Below are positions 18,949 to 29,300 of a stretch of DNA of 64,000 bases, one piece after another. The stretch comes from Entomortierella parvispora E1425. Taxonomy: Eukaryota > Fungi > Mortierellomycota. Under the pieces are notes generated by a model that did no database searches, was not told the DNA's origin, and saw only the letters and a program-made list of their open reading frames with translations. How positions within the stretch are numbered: position 1 is the first letter of the stretch; each line of letters begins with the position of its first letter. The stretch covers positions 1,178,001-1,242,000 of the forward strand of contig BQFW01000012.1 in the NCBI GenBank assembly GCA_020891255.1, read 5' to 3'. Made by a program: the position numbers and the translations under genes.

Positions 18949-20585
18949 ATGTTGGCCACCCACAGGCGAGTCCTCGGAACAACAACACATGCCATCCTCA
19001 AGGCCCTCCAGTGCCGCATTGACGTTGCCTCAAGGACTTTTATCCTGCCCTCAAACAAGGTTCCTGCAAACTTCATTCCTCTCCATTTGACCCAACATGG
19101 CCCTAGCTTGGCTTACAGGGCTTTCTCCTCTTCGCCAGGCTTGCTCGAACGTCAAAAGGCTGGTCAAGCTAGTCAACCAGTGCTGAGTTCTGAACCTCAC
19201 TCTAGTGTTTTGGAAGATGGAACCGCTCTTGTGAGAGCACCAACCACGGTCGACGACGAACTGGACAAGGTTGTCGGAAAGATGATGAGGAACCACCTCC
19301 AACGTACGCCACATCCTCCAGCCAAAGACTATGTCACCCTGTCCTTTTATCAATTTCGTCCGATTGCTGAGGCCGACTTGGTGAAGATCCAGTACTACTT
19401 CTTGACAGATCTCCGAGCCATAGATGTCGTTGGCCGAATCTACGTCTCTGCCGAGGGGATCAATGCTCAGATCAGTTGCCCAAAAGACAGGGTTGACTCT
19501 TTCAAGAGCTACTATGAAAAGAACTGGCCTATTTTTGACAAGATCCGATTTAATCCCGCCATGTCGGAAGGAAAAGCCTTCAAGAAGTTGCATGTTCGGA
19601 TCAAGGGTCAAGTAAGTCGGAAGTCCAAGACAAGGAGCTAGTTTTTTTTGTTTATCATGAATCAAGTGAATTAACAACGGAATGTTGTCGTCTTTCCTGA
19701 TCAATAGCTTGTAGCAGATGGTATCAGTAACGACACTTTTGATCTCTACAATGAACCAACATACTTGACTCCTGAGGAATGGCACAAGGAGCTTTCCTCT
19801 CTATCAAAGCCCCCAGTGTTGATTGACATGCGAAACCACTATGAGAGGTACCAACAAGGAAGATCATATGTGTCGGAAAAGCGGAAATACAATTACTGAC
19901 CCACTTGTTTCTCGGTATGCATAGTTCGATCGGCCATTTCGAGAATGCCATTAGACCCGACGTGACGACTTTCAAGGAGAATGTGGATGCCATGTTTGAC
20001 ATTTGCGAGGGCAAGGAAGATCAGGATATTTACATGTACTGCACTGGTGGCATCCGTTGCACTCGCTCTGGGGCTTTGTTGAAGTCCAAGGGTTTCAAAT
20101 CTGTCAAAATGTTGCAGGGAGGTGTCACAGCTTATGGGCGTTTTATTCAGGATCAAAAGGCAGCAGCAGAAAAGGCCGCGGCAGAGGCCGCGGAGGCAGA
20201 AGAGGTCAAGTCTATTTACAAAGGCAAGAACTTCACCTTTGATAAGCGTCTGGGCGAGCCCATTACGGACGAGGTGCTCGCAAAATGCCACATCTGTGGA
20301 ACTGACTGCGACACTTACTGCAACTGCAAAAACACTGCATGCAATCTTTTAATGATCGCCTGTCCAGCTTGCCAGGAAACTCACAGTGGCACATGTGGAT
20401 CTGGCAGCTGTGTAGAGATGGTTAAGGAACTTCAGGAAAAGCAAAAGTACATTGACGAAACGTACCCCCACTTGGTCGGTATGAAGGCTCGTCCAGGTGT
20501 CAAGCCTCTTCATAACTACCGCCTTCGCGTCAGGCCTGAAGTGATTATGGAGCAGCGTAAGAATAAAGAGACCAGTCGTCTGTGA
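18949..20585 (+). CDS. TrhO/YceA/TSTD2-family rhodanese-domain protein with probable mitochondrial presequence, 3 exons
   Basis: 'LSFYQF...GRIYVSAEGINAQIS', 'LHVRIKGQLVADG', 'LIDMRNHYESSIGHFENA', 'YMYCTGGIRC', 'LQGGVTAY', 'GKNFTFDKRL', Cys-rich 'CHICGTDCDTYCNC...C...C'. Introns 19612-19707 and 19848-19924. Confidence 0.92.
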
Positions 20586-20612
20586 AGGGCACCACTGAGT
20601 CAATTAATTTTA

Positions 20613-21374
20613 TTAGCGCCCAGGCCTTTGGCATGCCTTGAGAATAATTTGAAGACGCTCTTCTTGTTCTGCGGACAAGAGCTCCATCCTATGGGTTAGA
20701 TCATGTCGTAATGCCTTTAGCTGATCTGCTGTCACTGGCGTAGAGGTTGAAGGGACATCGAACGTTGAGGCATTGTTGGCCTGGAAAGGGGACCAGTCAG
20801 AATCTTCTACTACCGAGGAAATTGATGTTCTCTCACGATTTGAGGTCCTGCTACTACTGCTAAGGCGAGTCTGTGCAGGTGCATGGCCTTCTGTCGAGGC
20901 CCTTGTTGTGGATACGGAGGAGATGGACGATCGAGACAGCTGACGCTGATGTTGAGAGTCGGGGGCTGATGAGGATAAGGAGGTAGAGGCGAGACTGTCA
21001 TTTAGAGTCGAGATTCCGCTGCCAGCAGCTGGTGGGTTTTCAATCTTTTCAATGTTTTGGGGGATAATGGAAGTCGGTGGGACATCCTGACTGGAAACAA
21101 CTTGCAAGACGACATCTGGATGCAGTCGAATTGACTTGGGTGAGATCCTCCTATGGGCAGAGTCACGGGCCGGCATGACGATGCCGGAAGCGTCCATGAC
21201 ATAGACAGCATTGGGGAATACCTCAAGTATATCCTCCCAAGGGATAAGCTTGACATTGTGAGTCCTGTCGTTGAGAGAGTTGATTTTGAGGATGGGACCT
21301 TTGCCAGAGACGTCTCGAAACGACTGAGTTTCGATAGTGTCTGGCAGCTGAGGCGACTTGATCCAGTTAAACAT
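20613..21374 (-). CDS. Mortierellaceae-type 'QSFR...WEDI..VFP' N-terminal module plus Ser-rich linker; short or truncated
   Basis: 253-aa ORF with 'QSFR', 'WEDILEVFP', 'RD....RISPKSIRLHPDVVLQVV'. I recall this motif set from an expanded Mortierella family (not searched). Confidence 0.65.
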   Translation of the reverse strand: MFNWIKSPQLPDTIETQSFRDVSGKGPILKINSLNDRTHNVKLIPWEDILEVFPNAVYVMDASGIVMPARDSAHRRISPKSIRLHPDVVLQVVSSQDVPPTSIIPQNIEKIENPPAAGSGISTLNDSLASTSLSSSAPDSQHQRQLSRSSISSVSTTRASTEGHAPAQTRLSSSSRTSNRERTSISSVVEDSDWSPFQANNASTFDVPSTSTPVTADQLKALRHDLTHRMELLSAEQEERLQIILKACQRPGR

Positions 21375-22316
21375 GATAATACGTAAAAGCTCTGCTTTTT
21401 TTCCTGGGCGGTTGTTGTCCTGAAAGAGAGATGCTTTCCAGTGTAGAGTCTTTTGGTGGGGGAGAAGAAAAGGAGTAAAGACAACAGAGCAAACACACAG
21501 GATTTTACCATCGCGCCAAGCTCACAGCCAAAAGAAAAAAAGGAAGGAGCAGCAGTCCCGTTTCCCTTTTTGGCCTTTGGGGGTCGACTGCCCAATCCAA
21601 TCCAATCGCACAGCCCCACGCGGATGCCCTGTGCTCCCTGGAGTCGACTCTCGGCGGTCCCAACCATCAACACCAAACATCATCTGCCAAGACATAGGAC
21701 CTAACCACATTTTTCCTAGAAAATAAAAGATGGTGCAACCAACGGATCAAACTTCTCAGTTTCTCCCAGTGGATCCGCTAAGGGACTCATGGCTGGGTGG
21801 TCATAGGCGTACAAAGGAAACGTGGCCAATATGAACATGCAGGCGTGTGAACTGAACAAGCGGCAATTGCGTTGATACCAGACTAGGAGTTGCGATGCTT
21901 GTTGCAACTGAGGGGAATAAACATTGTGTCGGGATAACAGGACAGCGTGAGGATGTGTCATCCATCTCCACACAACAGATATGAAGGAACCCCTTTGAGA
22001 AGTCAATTATTAAGACGTTTCGCTTAGTAAAAAAAAGCTGGAACCCAAACTGAACGAAATCCAGCAACCAAATGACGGGCTGCACAAGCCACCGAAAGTG
22101 ACTCTCCCATGTGAATTGTATGTGAATTGTGTGGTCCGATCACTCTGAGACGGCCGCTCTGCTTTGTCACTGAACAAGGAACCGAAGCAAGACAAAAAGG
22201 GCCGACCAACCCTCATTGTATTTCCCCTCTCATCATCTCTATTCCTTCATCTCTTTTTTCGTCTGCCTCCTTTGCCCTTCCATCTCGCATCCAAACAGCT
22301 CATTTAATACTCTACA

Positions 22317-23623
22317 ATGGTCCAGGAAATCTCTGAAGTTCGGTTCGACTCGGTCGAGGATGCCGTCAAGGATATTGGTAATAACTCATCACCACCCCTC
22401 TTGGAGCCAGGACTTTGAAACAAAGACCGTTACCACGGAGGACCTGCAGGGACGAACGTAATCGAGTGCTAATGAGCAAGAAGCTCTTCCCAGTACTCGG
22501 CAGCAGGATGGGATTCAACTGATCGCCACCAACCCCTGCTCCAACTCGTGCTTTTTTTTTTAGAAAAAAAAACCACTTCACTAAACCTTTTGTTTACCCT
22601 CGTTGGCCAACTTTTTGTTTCTTTCTGTAGCCGCTGGCAAGTTCATCATTGCTGTTGACAACGAGGACCGCGAGAACGAGGGCGATCTGATCATCGCCGC
22701 CGAGAAGGTCACCACAGAGCAGATGGCCTTTTTGATCCGTTACTCCAGGTAAAAAAGAATACCCGTTGCAGATTGAAGTTCGATTATTGCTGAAAAGGGA
22801 GTCCGCTCCGCTCTTGGAGGGTTAAGAGTGAGGGCACGCATAGCGAAGGAGGCCGACGGCACAGGAAACAAAATCGGCCGACCGATCATGAACAAAAGAA
22901 CTGGAAAGGGACACTTTGCACGCTTCGCAGCGACGAGGGCAGCTTAGAGTTTAGCATATGGCTCACCTCGCTCGGAAGACCAAGGGTGGACCCGAGCAAT
23001 TCGATTTTTTATTCTTCCCTCCCCTCCCTCGCTGACTTTTTGCTTTTTGCACTGGAGTTCTCGAGTCTAAAAAAAGGATGCTGAAGAAAGACAACGGCGC
23101 TGACAACTGCCTTTGTTTTGTTTTTTTTTTCCTTTTTTGCCTCTCTTGTAGTGGATACGTCTGCGTTCCCTCTGCACCCTCAAGGCTAAAGGAGCTCGAG
23201 CTGCCTTTGATGGTCCCCAACAACCAGGAGCTTATGAAGACTGCCTACACTGTCTCTGTCGACTATGCACACGGAACCACAACTGGAATCTCTGCCCATG
23301 ACCGTGCCTTGACCTGCAGATCCTTGGCCGACCCCTCAAAGACTGCCAAGGACTTCAACCGCCCCGGACACATTTTGCCCCTGCGCTACGCCGAGGGCGG
23401 TACGATCCGTCGCTTCGGACACACCGAGGCCTCTGTGGATCTCTGCAAGTTGGCCAACTTGCAGCCTGTGGCTGTTATTTGCGAATTGGTCAACGACCGT
23501 GACGGATCAATGGCTCGCCGGGACGACTGCTACAAGTTTGCAAAGCAACACGGTATCAAGTTGGTCACGATCGCCGATATCATCAAGTATAGACAGGAGC
23601 ATGGCTTGGTTGAGAACTTTTAG
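22317..23623 (+). CDS. RIB3: 3,4-dihydroxy-2-butanone 4-phosphate synthase (riboflavin biosynthesis), 3 exons
   Basis: Exons 22317-22377, 22631-22748 and 23152-23623: '[13 protein letters not shown]', 'TAYTVSVD', 'TTGISAHDR', '[10 protein letters not shown]', '[11 protein letters not shown]'. Confidence 0.97.
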
Positions 23624-24034
23624 ATTCCCCCTTCACTCTTTATCCCCGCATTCCCCCTACTTTTATGAGTAGGTTGTTCTTTTTTGCGTTTACTTCCCTC
23701 TTATTACCAAACAACCAGATCCGAAACCGGACAACGCCAGATGAAGGGGACGGTTAGCGTTTAGCCAATGTATGTATTTTATAAACCGTTTGCTTTCACA
23801 TATGACAATCGCTGGTTGAATGCAGAATGTTTCTGCATGTACAGACACAAATGGAAACTCGGCCTGTTGGATCGGGATCGCTGATCACAAAACTGAGCAG
23901 CTTGGAGAGAGCAAAGCCAAAAGATGCACCGGATATTTGATGATTAAAACACATGTGTCGTGTCTTCTTTTTTTGTGTTCTGTTCTAAGGTTTCCCACGC
24001 CGTGAGTGTGGGATTCAATTTATTTTATTTTCTT

Positions 24035-25840
24035 CTATTCCTTGAGCTCTAGATGGCCCTTGACTGCGCTTCCGACATTGACAATTTCCAACAAGAAGGC
24101 GTCGTGACCATACATGGAGTCGAGTTCATAATAAGTTACGTTCTTATTGCCCGTCTGCCTCAGGCAATCGGCTACTTCCTTTTGTTGCCAAACCGGGAAC
24201 AAGATGTCGGACTGGATTCCAAGGACTAACGTGGGAATGTCCTTGATCGTGCTCAAACCCGCTTTGAGATCGTTCAATTGAGCCTTGGGATCATCCAAGT
24301 CATCCTTAGCCTTGGCCTTGGCTGCTGCCTCGGCGACCGCAGATCCCGATCCCGTAGAACACACTGCTTGCTCCTGTTGCTGCTGGATCAATTGCTCCTC
24401 GGGCGACGTGGCTGCATTCTCGGGTGCCGTAGACCCCTTGCCTTCCTGGAGTCGAACCGTGTTTCTAGCCCTCCGAAGAGCAGTCTCGGCCGAGTTGGAG
24501 GCCGAAAGATCAAACATGTCCATTGCCTTGGAGACATAGAGCAACGAGTTGGGGTCATACTGAAGACAGAAACGTTCTCCCTGGTGATCCAGATAGGTCT
24601 CGATCAAAAAGTCTGCGCAGAGTGAAGGGGTCGTTGTTGGTTGAGATCTCTTTCTTCCAAATCGCTGCTCCCACTCGGGTCCCGATCGATAGGAGATGGT
24701 GGCAATCTCTCGAGCGAGTTTCATACCACTGTGGGGTGGCACCTTGTCGTAATAGAATCCCTTGTTCCAGTTGGGATCAGCCATCAGTACTAAGTATCAT
24801 GAAGATAGGATTCAGTTAATATTTCGCTGTCATTTACCATCCGATATCTCCCGTTTTGAAATAAAGAAAAGAAAAGAAAAACAAAAAAAGACGTAATGGG
24901 CAACATCTCGTTTTACCTTGACGCTGTGTGAATCGAAGGGCGATACTGTAAGGATGAGATCGCGCCGCGGCCGAGATACTGACAACCTTTCCAACGCGTT
25001 CCTTGAACAAAAGTGCTGCCGCAAGGGATTGCATGCCACCCATACTGGCACCAACCGAGGCATGCAACTTTTTGATGCCCATTGAGTTCAACATCTCAAA
25101 TTGAGCCCTAACCATATCAAAAATGGTAACGATCGGGAATCGGGTCGCATATGGTTTGTTGTCCTTGGGATCGATCGACGAGGGTCCTGTAGATCCATAA
25201 CAACCTCCAATGACGTTGGTGCAAACAACATGAAATCGGTTCGTATCGATCGCCAGACCCGGTCCAATGAACTTTTCCCACCATCCTGGCGCAGGGTTGG
25301 CCGGATGGGACTTTGCATGTGAGGAAGCCGACAATCCAGTATGAAGCAAGATCACATTGGATTTGTCTTCGTTGAGCTCTCCCCAGGATTCATACGCAAT
25401 CTCAAACGAGGGCAAGATCCCGCCATGGTCCAGCAGGAAAGGTTTCTTGTGGTGATAAAGACTGTAGCCAGAGACCGGGTTGCTGTAGGATGGCTCGGGA
25501 CCTCCATCAAATGACTGTTGAAGGAACTTTTGGGTTCGCTGTTCCAAATGATCGACGCAAGGGAACGCCATGGGTGGGTTGCTGGAGGAGTGGGCAGTCG
25601 CTGCGGACGACGATAGCGATCTCGAGGAGGATTGATTGACTATAAAAAAGACAAGGGCAAAAAGTATGAGCCATTGCTACTCTTTGTTTTTTACAAGCAG
25701 GGAGAGTGGTGACCACAGGAGAACTTGCGTTTTCGGGAAGCAGGGATAAGAGTAGTAGGCACTAGCGCCCGTAGGTGGACTGGCCCTGACAGGGTCGCCC
25801 TCAGAGAGCGCGTAGTTGCTGAGACGAGTCGAGGGTGCAT
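24035..25840 (-). CDS. CYS2: MetX-family serine O-succinyl/acetyltransferase (S. pombe Cys2 / A. nidulans CysA type), mitochondrial presequence, 3 exons
   Basis: '[10 protein letters not shown]', '[12 protein letters not shown]', '[10 protein letters not shown]', '[12 protein letters not shown]', nucleophile '[10 protein letters not shown]', 'SDILFP', 'YGHDAFLL'. HTGLS rather than CHALTG suggests the Cys2 rather than Met2 subfamily. Confidence 0.88.
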
Positions 25841-26300
25841 TAGAACAATGAGTGTGATGAGTTTAATAAGATTGGGTTGTGAATGAAGGAATGAAAGAAA
25901 TGCAAGAAATGGAGAAAGAAAGAAGAGAAGAGTAGGAGAAGGCGAGACGGAGAAGAATAAAGAGGAAAGAGCAAATGGTTGGAGCTCTTGGAAGGTGGAG
26001 AGGTGTGGAGACAGAGAGACCAGGGGAAAGTGAAAAAACGCCATATCGCCATCTGCCTCAGATCCGTTGTCAATCCCGTTTGTCAGCGCGCTGATTGGCG
26101 TGCTCTGCGAGATGTGTGACCGCTGTCCTGGCGCGTCTTCGTTGCTCTACGGGCATCTACCTGCTGCCTTCCGATGTGCTCCTTTGCTTCGCTTTCTCCC
26201 TATCCCTTCCTTTGGAGAGGACACAAGTCGGGAGGTGGTTGGGACGTCTGTCATTTGCAATTCTCTTTATTGTGTCTTAAAAATGTCTCTTGGACAGGGT

Positions 26301-29300
26301 CTATGTACGTCGAGACTCCAGTCCTGATGCTACCAACACAGCAGAAACAAGTGACATCTGCTTACTAACACAGCCTCGGCAGATCCATCGATCGCCGCAG
26401 GTACCCACTGGCATCTTGTACAGTCCCCCGAATCCCTCTCCGCCTCCTGGGCCTGTCACTTCTGGAACGTCTGGATTACCGGCCGTCGGGGAGAGTGGCT
26501 CTAACTGGAAGTTCAAGGCCGCCAAATGGTCTGAGAGGTCATCATATCCAGTGCCGCCCAGAGACAAGCCAGCATGATTCATTGTATCACTGGCAGCGAC
26601 CATCGACACTCGCTTCATTTGTCCTCTTGTATTTGACCCGCCTGAAGGAGGTGTGTTTCCTGGAGTCTGTGATTGTTGGCGCACCAATCGAACGAGCCAC
26701 GCTTCGAGTTGTCTTAGCTTGGGACCTCTCATAGCCAACAGTTCATTCATGGTTGGTGGATGTCCCACTTCCTTTTGAAGCGAAGACTGCAACATCTCAC
26801 AATACATTCTTAAGGAGGGATACCATCGCTGACAGTTGTCCAGAGAGGTTCCCGTCTTGATTAGAGGCTGCTCCGGTCCCGGATTGTCATATGGGCCACT
26901 TGCAACAGCAACGAGATGGAGCAACATCTTTCCTAGATCTCGAACAAAGGATGCGGAGTCCTCAAGGACATAGCCACGATGGTCTGTAAAATGGGCATCC
27001 TCTCCAAAGCCGGTCAAGCCCTCACAGAGGAGGACAAGTCGAAGACTCTTGTTATCCATGATTTTGGACGGTTGGAAAGGTCGGCTGGGGTCCAGATCGT
27101 GCGCCATTGGAGGGAGCAACATGAACAATCGAGGAACTTGATCAAACTGAGAGTCCAAAATACGGCTCACGCCCTCCATCAACATCTGTTGTTGCTGTGT
27201 AGTTGAAGGTGAACTGTAGAACGAATCCAGAGATCCAGTACTGCTGTTGTAGTTGCTACCCCCTCCGTTTCCATCCATGTATGTGCTACCAAGTCCACCA
27301 TTTCTGAGATTGCAGAGTCGAGCCATCTTCAGGTCTCGGTAAGTTTGGATATTGTTGTTCACAACCAACTCGTCAGTGCGAACAGGATTGTCCGTGATGG
27401 GTGTCGTAAAGATATCCATCTGCAGGAGCTGGAGGGCTGTGGCTCGTTGATTTGGATCATGGGTCAGCATGGCATCCAGCAGTGGTATGTACGCCGGCAA
27501 TACATTCAGATGGTTGTAATACCGAACAGGTTTGAGCGGCCGCCGAGCGTTAGGGACGAGAGCATCCTTCGCCTTTTCGTCCGTAGGGAACAAAGGTCGG
27601 TCGGTTAAGAGCTCATAAATGACCAGTCCCAACGACCAAACATCCTGGGATCCTTTTGCGTAAACACCCTTCATAGTTGAGTTGGCGATCAAGATCTCTG
27701 GAGCGGCATAGGAGAAAGTGCACCGTCCTACAACCTCTTCCTCAATCACTCGAGCTGCCTCGAAATCTATCAGCTTCCAGCCTGAACCCGAATTTTGGCG
27801 CATGGTCGAGGTCGAATAAGGATCACGTACAAAGTTGGAGGGCTTGATGTTCAAGTGACAGATCTTTCGACTGTGAATCCAGGCCACACTTTCAATCATC
27901 GATCGGATGATCGGCAGCGTCACTTCCAGGCTAATCGAAGATGCGGAGCGCTCATTGATATACCCCTGCAGTGTCTCTGGGTACCACTGTAAGATCGACA
28001 GATAGCGACATCCTCCATCTCGATCTGTGCCATGCGGGTGAAAGAAGGTCTCGTAAAGTCCGACCACAAACGGGCTAACACTCTTGGAGTGCTGCTGTAG
28101 TTGAGGATAATCCGTGTATTGGCTGTCGAGTTTCTCCTCTGGTCGGTGGCAGGTCAGATATCTCATCATGGCACAGTCCACCTCCCATTCACGACGCGCC
28201 TTGATGTACTTGAGAATCACCTTGTCATTTGCCTCCTTGTCCATAGAGCTTTGCCGCTGTGTCGACCCCCGTTGCTGTCTGTTGGTAAAGGACGGACTCT
28301 TGTCCTTGACGTACATTCCTTCTCGGACATACTTTTCACGAGACAGTCCGATTGTATACCGTGACATGATTCTGCGGCCAATAGTCTGGTCTGGCAAAGA
28401 CTCTTGGATATCTCTCCCTTCACAAGGCAACGCTCGAGGCGAATACTGGGTGAAAATAGGCTCTTTGGCGGCCGCGGGTATCCTAGCTGGAATAGGTGCG
28501 GCAGGAGACCTCACTAATGTACTGAAAGAGTCATTATAGGATAGAGCGGAAGTTGGCCTTGAGCTCTGGGCAACTCGACTAGGGGGCTTCTGACGGCCTG
28601 TAGCTCCTGAATAAGGCAACTGTTGCTCCTGGGACATGGGAGAAGCGTAAAATACCCCCTGTCCCAAGGGGCTGGATGGTGCAATCACATGTCCTTGATT
28701 TGGGTAGAAGTAGTTCCGTGTACCAGGTCGATCCATTTCTGGCAAGGCTCCCGGCATCTTGAAATTACTGGGACGCGAAGGCTCTTGGTCTGCTTGCATC
28801 TTGAAGTTACTGGGGCGCGAGGTTTCTTGGTCTGCTGGCATCTTGTAAGAATTGGTACGCGAGGACTCCTGAGTAAATGGGGGCTTGAAGGAATTGGTCC
28901 GCGAAGGTTCCTGATCTCCCAATTTAGGAGTCATAGCAGATGCAAGCATCGTGGCAATGACCGCTGCTGATGGCGGAGGTGGCGAGGTCAACAATGACAG
29001 TTGCTCTGAGAGAGTACGCTGATGCTCATGAGAATAGGTATCGGGAAGGTAACCAGAGGCAGGTCCAAGGGAAGAAGCTGTAACCGGAATCGAATTCTGG
29101 GGAGCAGTGGGATGACTCAGTGCGATGGCAGCTGCCATCATACTACCCTGGGTCTGTGGGATTGTCAGAGTTTGAGCTGACTGAGAAGAGGATGCTCCTG
29201 TATTCATTTGGTATCGTGTGTTAGGCAAAGTCGAATATTTGGTGTTGCCATTCAATTCTGGCATCCTGGACTTGGGAGCATTCCGAGGTTGAAAGACCGT

